Shown: positions 11,036 to 21,270 of the stretch, piece after piece
How positions within the stretch are numbered: the first letter of the stretch is position 1
How the letters are laid out: each line of letters opens with the position of its first letter
NCBI GenBank assembly: GCA_016748015.1
Contig: JAAOMT010000136.1
Location: 10,004 to 38,623, forward strand
Direction of reading: 5' to 3'
Source of the DNA: Geosiphon pyriformis uo1
Lineage: Eukaryota; Fungi; Glomeromycota
Length of the DNA: 28,620 nt
Notes under the pieces: generated by a model
Database searches by the model: none
What the model saw: only the letters and a program-made list of their open reading frames with translations
What the model was told of the DNA's origin: nothing
Made by a program: the position numbers and the translations under genes

Positions 11036-12340
11036 CTAATCTTGCCTTATTCTTGAGAGACAATCAATGTTGGTATGGAGTTTTCTTGGTTTGTGGTGTA
11101 CAATGTATTGGTAGTTGGCTAAAAATTCTGTCCATCAGGTTTGTTTTGCATTCAGTTGGGTGTTTTTGTTCTGGAGCCATTTGAGTCCAATATTATCAGT
11201 GATAATATCGAATTTTTTAGGCCTGAGATAAAGATTAAAGTGGTGTAGGGCCCAAATTACAGCTGTTGTTTCTAGTTCTGTGGTAGGATAGTTTTTTTTA
11301 GCTGGTTTTAATGTTCTGCTAGCGTAAGCGATTACTCACTCATTTCCGTTGTCATCTAATTGTGATAAGATGGCACCAAAGGCAGTGTAAGAAGCGTCTG
11401 TAGCTAGTCGAAATTGGTTACTGAAGTCTGAGTAGGTGAAAATTAGAGCTGTTATCAGCTTTTCTTTGAGACTTTCAAAAGCTTTTTGGTGTTCTTCTAT
11501 CCATTTGTATTTGACGTTTTTAGTAGTGAACTGGTTGAGGGGTTTTGCAATTTCTGAGAATCTTTTGATGAATTTTCAGTAATAGGAAGCTAATCCAATA
11601 AATCCTCTCAATTCTGTGGTATTTCGTGGAGTTTTGAAGTTCTTGACAGCACTGATTTTGCCTGAGTCTGGTTTGACTCCTTCTTCACTAACTATGTGGC
11701 CAAGAAAAGCCAAACTTGTTTTTCCAAAATAACATTTTTCAATGTTTAATTTTAATCCTGCTTTCTGTAATCATTGAAAAACTTTTCGCAGGTGTTTTAA
11801 GTGTAATTCAAACGATGAAGAATAAACATCAGTATCATTAAAATAAATGACTACTGACTTCCAAAGGAGTTCTTTGTACACAATATCTATTAATCTCTGA
11901 AATGTTGCTAGTGCATTGCATAATCCAAAAAGGCATTACATTGAATTCATAATTTCCTCCTTGGGTTGTGAAGGCTGTTTTGGGATGATCTTTGGGATCC
12001 ATAGTAACTTGCCAGTATCTGCTTTCTAGATCTAATGTTGAAAAGTATTTGGACTTTCCAAGGGCATTCAACATGTCATCAATTCAGGAAAGAGGGTAGG
12101 CATCTCCAATGGTGACACTGTTGAGTTGTTGATAATCAACACAAAATTGTATTTTTCTATTTTTCTTCTTAACTAGAACCACAGGTGAGGCCCATGGACT
12201 TATTGATGGTTAAATAAGCCCATTGTTAAGCATCCATTGTACTTTTTCTCGGATAAATTGGTGACTTTCTGGAGCAACTTGGTAGGCTTGTTGTCACCTT
12301 GGTTTGGCATCTCCTGTATAGATTTGGTGTTGAACCAAAT
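11036..12340 (-). pseudogene. Element B reverse transcriptase + RNase H
   Basis: SPWASPVVLV, FCVDY, FSTLDLESRYWQV, KTAF, VMPF, VIYFND (decayed YxDD), LATDASY…YASRTL…NYPTTELET…ITDN; ends CLSRIRQD* at 11036-11038. Confidence 0.95.
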
Positions 12341-12879
12341 CAGTTTTTCCTAAGTCATTGTTGTTTTTGGCAAAGATATCAGCAAATTCTGCAATTAGCT
12401 CTTTGAGCTGGCTTTTTTGTTATGGTTTAAGTTGTCCTATGTTGATTTGAGATAGTTTTTCTATGACAACATAGTAGTTCTCAGAACTGAGATTTGGGTT
12501 AATTTTTGGTAGTAAATGTTCAATAATTTCTGAGAAATTGGAAACTGTTTGGGGTAATTCTTGTTGAAAGACATTACTGTAAATGATTCCAATTTCTAAG
12601 TTATTTAATAAAACTATGGGATAATTGTTGGGATTGTAAAAAGTAACTCGGACTTTCTTTGTTTCTTCTGAAATATAAATGTTTGGGATTGATATATTAT
12701 GTTCCAAGCAGACTTGTTTGTTGGATTCAAAAATTTGTTGTGTGGTTGTTGACTTTGGGCAGGTGTAAATTTCCGGATGTTCTCCAAAGGGTGAAATAGT
12801 AATTGGTTGTGGAAGTCGTAGAATCTGGAAAAATTTATTTTGTTCATTAAGAGCTATGTTTACTGGAACTGTGAATCAT

Positions 12880-13245
12880 CCAGTTGAACTAAAACCTTGG
12901 GTTCCTCTTTAAATAAATAGCTTGAACAATTTTTTCAGCATGTTCAATCTGAAAAGGCTTATCAGTTTCATTTTGTAATATGATTGTAATGTTTTCTGTA
13001 TATCCAGCATCTATGATTTCTCTTCTAATATTGATTCCTTTGCTTGCCAATGATGATTGTAAAGCAATTTGGACCATTGTTCTTGGTAGAATTTTGAGAG
13101 CAATTTTGAGGTTGATTTTTGTGAGCGATTTGGGTTTGAGAATAAGAGTATCTTTTCCTGGATATCTTAGATCATATTCAGCTTGATTTCGTGGGCTTTT
13201 TCTGGTTTTATTCTTTGTCCATTGTTGTTGAAGTATTTGAGTTGT
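12880..13245 (-). pseudogene. dut: Element B dUTPase domain
   Basis: AEYDLRYP, ALQSSLASKG, EIIDAGYTEN, EKIVQAIYL, then after an internal deletion RGTQGFSSTG (motif V). Confidence 0.92.
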
Positions 13246-13366
13246 AAAGCAGACTGATTTTTGATGAGATAGATGAGTGTTGTTTCAATTTCTTCTATTG
13301 CTTCAGGTTCTCCGAATTCAATTTCGTATTTATCACTTTTGCTGGGCAAGGGAATGTTAAGAGTGT

Positions 13367-13967
13367 AGCATTCAGAACACCATTGTTCATCACAAGACAT
13401 TATGCATTCCTTACATAATTTAATGTTTATTTGTTCTAGCCATTGAGTTTGAGCTTCTTTAGTCAGGTAGGTGTGACTTGCAATTTGATGGTATATTTCT
13501 ACTTCATCTTCATAATCAAATCTAGCTAATTTCAAGGTATATTTGATATATTCAGCTTCCTTTATTTGAAGAACATCTTCTTTGGTTCCTTCATTGATTA
13601 AGATCATGGCAAGTTCATAGATCATTTCGGCATTATGGGGGTAGTGATAAAGTTTGTTGAGAGCACTGTTGTATGCTGCATTAAAGGGTGTTCCTCTTTT
13701 TACTTTTTCTGAAATTAGTAAAGCATATTGGCAGGTCTGATCGCAGACTTCTCCTCTTATTGTTACATCAATCTAATTGCATTCTTCTGATAGCATATTT
13801 CCACAAGTCAAATAAGGGGTGTTATCCTATTTTCCGCTTCTTTTTATTAGATGGCCCTATTGTTCTTTGTGGCAAGCCTTGCAGTAATAACAAGTATGAT
13901 TTTCATATTCTTCTTCAGGTGAAATACAGGCTCCTATTGAGGAGAGTTTTTTGTGGCAGTCCTTGCA
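13367..13967 (-). other. Cys-rich multi-zinc-finger spacer between protease and dUTPase (element B)
   Basis: CKDC…CYYCKAC…YLTCG-x-CDQTCQY…CKECIMSCDEQWCSEC; equivalents in A (17210-17400, 7735-7780) and C. Confidence 0.7.
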
Positions 13968-14189
13968 TTTGAGTGGAATGTAGGAGTGTTGTTTTCATGG
14001 TTCAGGCTTTGAGTAAGGGATATTCCATCCAGGGGTTTCAGGTTCAGAGTGTGGAGTAAAATGTTCTTGTTCAGTTTCCTCGGCCCAATTGGACGTTAAT
14101 CCAAGAGCCATAAATGTTTCAATTATTGGTTTTTCTTCTTCTAGTTCGAATTCAAAAGCCAGGACTTTTTTGGAGCATTTGTTAAATGT

Positions 14190-14560
14190 ACTACAAGTGG
14201 CAGGTACTTGGGCGTGTTGTCCTTGGTAAGAGATTGTTAACTCTTGTGTTTCCCAATTCAGATTAGCATTGGCTTTTTGGAGCCAATTATTTCCAACAAA
14301 AGCTTAATACTGGGGTGCATCCATTATAAGAACTTTGACTAGAATGGTGATTCCATCAAGAGTGAATAGAAATTTATCAATTTCTCTCACTAGAGTCTTT
14401 TTCATGCCATCGGCAGTAACAATTACTGTTTGAGCTGGTCAGTTGACATTTCTTTTTAATTGTTGCATTAACTGGTAAATAATGATGCTTCCAGTGGATC
14501 CACTGTCTAGGATCAAGCAAATTGTCTTTCCTTCGACTTCTGCTTCAGTATACATAGCAG
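14190..14560 (-). pseudogene. Element B aspartic protease
   Basis: LILDSGSTGSII (catalytic D at 14505-14507)…VTADG…FVGNNWL. Confidence 0.92.
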
Positions 14561-14759
14561 TAATTGCTTTTTGTTCATTGGTGGCAATTCATTTGCTTTA
14601 AATTTGAAAGGAAATATATCTGAAAAGTTGGCATTTTCAGCAATTCTGGCTGGTGGGATTGTGGTAGGAATATAGGAAGAGTTTTGTTGTTGTGCTGCAG
14701 CTCTATTTTTTGAGAGTACAGTATGGTAAAAATCCTGTTTTTCTGGCATCATAAGATAA

Positions 14760-16571
14760 CTAGATTAAGTATGATAGTGGTTGGGTCTTGGTTGAGCTGA
14801 ATTTTGGGGAACCAATTGGTTGTTCGAATTGATTCTATTGTTGTTTACTTGGTATCAGTTTTGTGGTGTGAATTGATTTTGCGGAATCAATCTTTGAGCA
14901 GGTACTTGATAATATTGTGTAAGTGGTTGTTGGTATTGCTGTTAAATTGGCTGTGGAGCAGGCTAATAATAGTTATTTTGGTATTGGGGTCTTGGTGGAT
15001 AGTAAGCTGGTAATGGTGGTTGATAATAAGATTGCTGTAGTAGAGGGTAATGTTGATTACTCCTATTTTGTTGGTCTCGTTGTAGCTTTCTGCAATTTCT
15101 TTTCCAGTGGCCAAGAATTCCACAATAATGACAATTCTGAGGCTGGTTATTAGAGAATGATATAAAGTTGTTTTGATTCTGTCTTTGGGGTGGTTGATAT
15201 CTTTGGGATTGCTATTGTTGTTGATTGGTAAAATAGTTTTCGACTTTTTTTGTGAGTTGGTCAATTTTCTCTTCAGCTGCTAAGCTGGTCTTTCCAATGA
15301 CTAAGTTCACGAATTTTGTACGATTGGCTTCTTCTATGGCCATTTCATATCTTTTTGCATGCTAAATAGCAGAGTTTAAATTTTCTGGGACATGTGGACA
15401 AACTTTTTTAATCAGTTTATCTTTTAAACCAGTGATAAATTGATCCAAGATTTGAGCATCAGAATAATAATCATTAGTTTTAAGTTGGCAAATTTGTTTG
15501 AGAAGTTTGTTGAATTTCCTAATATAAGTCATAACAGATTTGGAGGGTTCTTGTTTAATATTGCGAAAACAATTTTGAAGAGTAATTGAGGTGTTATTAT
15601 TGGTGAATTGTTCTAAAAAGGCAGTTTTGAAAGCTGTCCAGTCATTAAAAAGGGTGGTCAAGTTTTCAAACCATTCACCTGCTGTTCTTTTGAGAAAGTA
15701 GGGAATTGTTCTTAACATTCTGGCAGCATTCTATCCATTTGCATCTCCAGCTTTAGTAACTTGGTCAAACCATTCTTGGGGACTGGTCTTAATGTCTTCT
15801 CTATTGAATTCAGAGATTTTTGCAATGTATGCTGTCATTTTGTCTTTTTTGTTTTCACTGTCTATTGATTTTTTTTTCAGATATTTCAAAGTTGTTTTCT
15901 TTGTTCGCTACTGTCTCAGAGTGTTCATTTCGATTTTCAGCTAGAAAGTCAAGGAGATTGGAACTAGTTTGAAGAGGTTTTTGTTGTCTGGTGGGACTTC
16001 TGGATGATGTAAAATCTTCTAGTCTTGCAAATCGATTTAAGGGTGAATTAGGTGTTTGTGCTTGTGTAAGTGAAACTGGAAAAGATGTAATAGTAAGTGG
16101 AAGTTTTGAACTGGTTCCTTGTTCAGGTGTTTGTAAGTGTTTGGCAGTTGTTTTTGGTAGTATTGGAGTATTTGGGGTGGTTTTTAAGTATTGCTTCAAT
16201 TTTTGTTTGCTTTTGTTGCTTGTTTCTGTTTCTAATTCAAAATTAATAGAGTATTGAGACTGCACTGGATATGTTTCTTCATAGTACTGGATAATGTTAA
16301 AATTTAGTTCTTGAAAGTAAGTGGCAAGTGTTTCACTGTTAAGATCTTCAGTTTCCAACTGTGAGTAGTGTACTAAATTATTGTAAAGGTTGCTTCTAAC
16401 TTCTGAGATATTGTAATTTCCAAAAAGATAATTGTTGATGCGGTTTTCAATGTATTGGTATACTGATTTCTTGACAACTTCAATTCCATCTGGAATGTTG
16501 AATCTTTGTTTGCAGTGAGTGTAAATTGATTGGTAATACTCTAGAGTTGTTGCGTCTGGTGTGGTCGCCAC
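14760..16571 (-). pseudogene. gag: Element B gag (N-terminal extension, capsid, CCHC nucleocapsid)
   Basis: Capsid from ATG 15838 (MTAYIAK…YFLKRTAGEWF…IKQEPSKSVMTY…DQFITGL); zinc knuckle CHYCGILGHWKRNC at 15092-15133; Q/P/N-rich linker; open N-terminal extension 15855-16616. Confidence 0.9.
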
Positions 16572-16599
16572 TTTGAAGTTTGTTTTTGCTGTGTTGTTT

Positions 16600-16615
16600 C
16601 TGTGGGAGAGCACCA
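16600..16615 (-). promoter_or_regulatory. Primer-binding site of element B
   Basis: TGGTGCTCTCCCACAG, 2 nt after the 5' LTR; complementary to a tRNA ending …GAGCACCA (isotype undetermined). Confidence 0.85.
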
Positions 16616-16617
16616 AA

Positions 16618-17202
16618 TGTTACTGGAGGTTTTTGGTCTCTTCTTAGCTCTTGTATGTTTGTTGTAATGCTGTTAATTCATGACTATGGGAAGTGTTTGA
16701 ACCTCCGATAACTGAATTTATCTTCAAATTATCTTCTATAATTTGAACTTGCTGGGCTTATAAGTAGAATGGCCAATTTTATGCCAGTTGCTTTGTGTAG
16801 TTATGTTGTAGTAAACGTCAACTCTTTCCCAGGAATTGCTTGTCTGGAAGCTCACTAAAATGTGTAGTTACTTTGCTGTGAAAGTCAATTCTTCTACAGA
16901 AATCTCATCTGTAGACTACCCTAATGATTATAATAAGAAAAATAAAAGAAAGAAAGAAAATAAAAGAAATGTAAAAGAAATAGAATTCTATCAAGAGAAA
17001 CATTTTCTATCCAGGCCTGGAGTCACTAACAGTTTACTGAAATTGGTAGCTAATCAATTTCGAAATGTTAGTTGGGTTTTGGAGATTTTTCAAGTACAAT
17101 AATTAAAGAATTTGGTTTTTTCGAATTATTTGATATTTATTTCTTTTTGTGTGTATAGGAACGGTTTTAAGAGATAAATCTAATATAAGATACATTTTCT
17201 CA
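16618..17202 (-). repeat. Element B 5' LTR, truncated (U3 missing)
   Basis: Matches 7817-8401, then switches abruptly to element A coding sequence. Confidence 0.93.
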
Positions 17203-20200
17203 GGAATGTTATTTCACATTTCTTTGTCAAGTAACCATTTGTCACAAGTGAGACACAGTTTATTGTCCTATTTTCTCTGTTTTTTTGAGTACCCATAGCA
17301 TTTTTTATGGCATGGCTTGTAGTAATAGTGAGTTTTGGTCTAATAGTCTTCATCAAGGGCTATTTAAGCTTCTATAGAGGAGAATTTTTTTTTACAGTCT
17401 TTGTATTTGAGAGATATATATGGTGGCTTTTTTATCGGCTTACATGAGTATTCTTTTTTTTAGTCATTAGTTATTTCCTCTGTAGTAGCATCTTTTTCTG
17501 GTGTGTCTTCTTTTTTTCTTTTCCTTTGTCATTCCAAGAAAGTACTGATAGTAGCTTGTTGTGTTTGATATTGGTCCAGAAAACTTGGTATGCTTTTCAG
17601 GTAGGTTTTTTTTTTTTTTTTTCTAATTCAATAAGTGGCTTGTCATTGATAGTGGTCTTAAAGTGACCACAAATGACTGGCATGCATGTATAGTAGCTGT
17701 TCTGGCTAAGCTGCAGTTCTTGGGTGTTTCAGTTGAGCACAGCATTGGTTTTATACAGCCAGTCATTCTCAATGAGAGCTTAGTACTGAGTTTTTTCTAT
17801 TATTAATACCTTAATTGATATTATGATGCTGTTGACTTCAAATGGGAAGTTATCTATTTTATCAATTGGAGTTTTGATCACTTCATCAGTGATTATAATT
17901 CTGGTACTGACAGCATGATCAACTTGGCAACTTAATTGGTCCATGAGTTGTTGTGTAATAATACTGTCTGCTGACCTACTATCAAAGATAAGCTTGATAG
18001 AATGGTTATTGACTTTGGCATTAGTATACATAGTAGTGATTGGTTTTTTCTTGAATGCAGTTTTACTGAACAAAAGTGTAAATGTCAGTTCCTTAAATTC
18101 AAATGGAAAGATAGCTGTAAATAATTTGTCATTGGTGATGGTGGCTGGAGGTATGTTACTGGTAAGTGGTTGTTTTTGGTTGGGTTCTGTATTGTTGGAT
18201 AAGGCATTTTCTGAAGTTACTAGAAGACTTAAATAATTCTGGGAACTTGGGTTTTGGGTATATCTGGTTTCTGAACTCTACTGGCATGATCCCAAGGGCT
18301 GGTTTGAAGATCTGAAAATTGGTTGGTAGACAACCATCACTGATCTCCAGTTTTGGGTGGTTCTCAATCTGAGATTTCCAAATGTTATCTGAACTGAGTT
18401 TAATAGTAGTGTTGAAATTGTTTGGGGTTGATAGATTACTTGGGGCTGTGGCTGATAGAGAGATTGTGGCTGTTGTTGATAAACTATGATTGCTGGAGGC
18501 TAATAAATTGGTGGTTGATAGATTGGCTGCTGTGTCATGGGTAAGTAATTAGGTTAATATGATGCTGGGTTGGGTTGATAATTCAGAATTTGAAACTAGT
18601 GATCGGGATTTCAATATTGATTTTCCAATCATTGGTTATTTAATCAATAGCAGCAATTAATATGTAAGTGTTCTTGTTTACCACAATAGTAGCAAACACA
18701 CATTTCTTGTTGTCACTGTTGATTGGTCAATGATAATAGATGTAATGAATTTTGGAAATGATTGGGGTTTTTTTGATTATTGTGTTGTTGAAAAGGTTGA
18801 TAAATTGCTTGATTGTTGTTAATTAAGTATCCTTCTAATTTCTGATTAACAAATTCACTGAATTGTTTCAATTTAGAATCCAAGTTAGATAATCTGTTTA
18901 TTATTAGATTTACAGCTTAAGCATAATTAGCTTCAAGCTCAGCTGTTTCAAAATCTCTAGCATTTGTAATGGTGGCTTAAAGGTCTACTAGGTGCAATGG
19001 GCATACACATTGGAAGATGCTACTGTGCAGGCCTTTAATGAATTGATTTAGAATTTGTGGTGCTGTGAAATAATCAGCCTGTATGGCTTGAATTTGGCAC
19101 AAATTTCTGTAAAAGCATCTTAGATAGATAGTAACTGCTTCATTTTCTCCTTGTTTAATAGTGGTGAAGGTATTTGCTAGATAATTAATACTATTATTGT
19201 TGCTAAAATATTGTAGAAATGCAAGTTTAAATACATTGAAATCTTGAAATTTGTTGGCCAAGTTTTGATATTATAAGTCAGCAGTATCCTGAAAAAAGTA
19301 TGAAATGGCTTGCATGGCTTTGGCATTATTTTATCCATTAGTTGTGATGGCTTTTTCAATATTGTTTAGCCACACTTGGGCATTGTCTTCTTCACTTGTG
19401 AATTTTTTGAGTTTTGCTATTGGAGCATAGACTATTGGATTTAAGTTTGGTTGTTATGGTGGTTAAAGAAGTAATTGTTGGGATAGTATTGGTGGCTGTT
19501 GAAGTTGTTCAGCAATTGGATTAATTGGTTGCTGATTAATAACGATTTCTGAAGATAAGTTTTTCTGATTAATTAACTGGGAGTTTGGATTATTCGAAGT
19601 TTGCTGGGTTTAAATATTCAGAGTTTCAATTTCTGGATTTTCTGCAATTGGATTTTTATAATTAAATTCTTGATTCTCTTCTTTTTTTTCTTCTGATGCC
19701 ATTATTTTCCAAGAACTTGTGGTTCCAAAATTTAGTAAAGGTAATAATGATCAGAATCCTGATGGTATTGGTAATTGCAATTTAAATCCTTCAAAGTAAT
19801 TGCCATAGGTTTCTAGTAATTCTGCTTTCTTTTGTTTACTTTGAAATGGGAGTTGTTCAAATGTTGATGTTATATTTAATATGGATGCACCTATTGATGT
19901 AATGTTAATGGTACTTCTGGGTGTGTGATAATATGATAGATTTAGTGAAGATTCAATTCTTTGTTTCTTTCACATTAGTAATTGTATTTCTTTTGGTATT
20001 ATTGCTGGTGTTTGTAATTTTCTTTTACCTTTATCTGCATAGATAATAGGGAATTGTTGTTGGGTGTATCTTTCAATTTCTTGATTAATTTCTCTAATAA
20101 TTAATGCAAAACTGTAATTTCATTTTAAGTTGGTGTGTTGGATTAATTTCATATAGAAATTTTTTCTTACTGATTCAATATCAACTGGTCTTTCTAAAAA

Positions 20201-20347
20201 ATCTGTGATTCTTTCATTGACATAAAAATTGAAGGCTGATTCTGCTAAATAATAGTTGTTGGTTAAGTCCAATTGTTGGCTGTATTGTTGAAATAAAAAT
20301 TTAGCAAATCCTAAATGGTTTGTCCCTATTATTTCTGATTCTGCTAC
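17203..20347 (-). pseudogene. gag: Element A gag-protease-start of Cys-rich spacer
   Basis: YAPIAKLKKF…AQVWL…TIKQGENEAV…ILNQFIKGL; zinc knuckle CYYCGKQEHLHINC 18653-18694; protease LIFDSRS (decayed DSG) in ORF 17780-18073; CKDC…CLTC. Confidence 0.9.
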
Positions 20348-20391
20348 TTTTGAATGATTGTTGTTAGTACTGGTTTTCTGTAGGATTATAT

Positions 20392-20407
20392 CTCACAAAA
20401 AGCACCA
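20392..20407 (-). promoter_or_regulatory. Primer-binding site of element A
   Basis: TGGTGCTTTTTGTGAG, 2 nt after the 5' LTR; its complement parses as tRNA T-stem (CTCAC) + 7-nt acceptor strand + A + CCA. Confidence 0.85.
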
Positions 20408-20409
20408 AA

Positions 20410-21270
20410 TATTACAAATAATTATTTGGGATCTTGAAACAAATAACAATCCTGTAACTTGGTGCTCAATTGATATAATGCTGTTGGTTTCTAGAAGTTT
20501 TGTGATCCAAAGGTTTTGGTTGGTCTAAAAGTTTTGTTGTGGAGTTCTTTATATAATAAACAGAGATTTAGTGATGATTGTAGTGGTTTTTTGGAATTGC
20601 AATTCTGTCCAATTTTTTTCTCAGCTTGGTGGCTGGATTTATTCTGGCAGTTGTGCTCTTCTGATAAGCTATCCATTAATATATATGTAATTTCACCCTT
20701 ATTTCTGGGTTTTTTATCAGGCTATCTTTGATGTCAGTAATTCAGCACTTAATTTTTAATCAATTAGTAAAAAGAAATAACAAAAAAAATAAAAGAAAAT
20801 AAAAGAAGATAAAGAAATAAGCAAAAACAATTACAAGTTTTAGTATTTTGTTAATAACCATGATCAAGAGCTATTGTTCTAGTGTGGTTAAGTATTAATT
20901 ACTATTAACATGAAGTATTAATAGTAAAAAATAAATTAAGATGGTGAATAATTATTTATTGATATGTTTATGGATAGAAAGGTTGCTTAGATCAAATCTA
21001 AACTGATAAATTTGTTTTTTTTTTCTAATGTTATCACTATATATACATAATTGATGTTCTATGAGATTACTCACATTCCCGAGCAATGTGCTATGATTTT
21101 TTGAGCAATGCTCATATTTGTTAAGCAAGGTGTCTTAATTTTCTAACATTGTTCCATATTGCTAAGCAATATGTTGTGATTTCTGATATTACTTTACATT
21201 GTTGAGCAATGTGCTTATATGCTAACTGGTCTACTTTTTTTCTATATCTGTTTTTTTTTTATGAGTAACA
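20410..21270 (-). repeat. Element A 5' LTR
   Basis: TATTACA…GAGTAACA; direct repeat of 2193-3107. Confidence 0.92.

Larger units (their letters stand above)
7817..17202 (-). mobile_element. Element B: younger dUTPase-bearing Ty3/gypsy retrotransposon nested in A's protease-dUTPase spacer
   Basis: LTRs 7817-8804 and 16618-17202 (~40 substitutions in 585 shared bp), PBS, PPT, complete domain set; both flanks translate as element A spacer. Confidence 0.95.
2193..21270 (-). mobile_element. Element A: degenerate Ty3/gypsy LTR retrotransposon carrying dUTPase, interrupted by element B
   Basis: Direct-repeat LTRs 2193-3107 and 20410-21270, PBS 20392-20407, PPT 3111-3123; gag-PR-RT-RH-IN order (Ty3/gypsy). 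No matching TSD (attag vs atgct). Confidence 0.92.

Noticed and set aside
14560-14600. Programmed gag-pol frameshift before the protease in B
   Set aside because: Comparison with A and C shows a small deletion in B here; A reads in one frame across it, so gag-PR appears to be a single ORF.
13688-18236. Hydrophobic + strand ORFs in the ORF track (e.g. 13688, 14804, 14923, 15991, 17943)
   Set aside because: Antisense shadows of A/C-rich gag-pol coding sequence.
20491-20676. LTR-encoded ORF (MDSLSEE…) possibly reading into A's gag, Ty1-style
   Set aside because: Each LTR copy needs a different 1-nt frameshift, and a TGA lies in the PBS; unsupported without a consensus.
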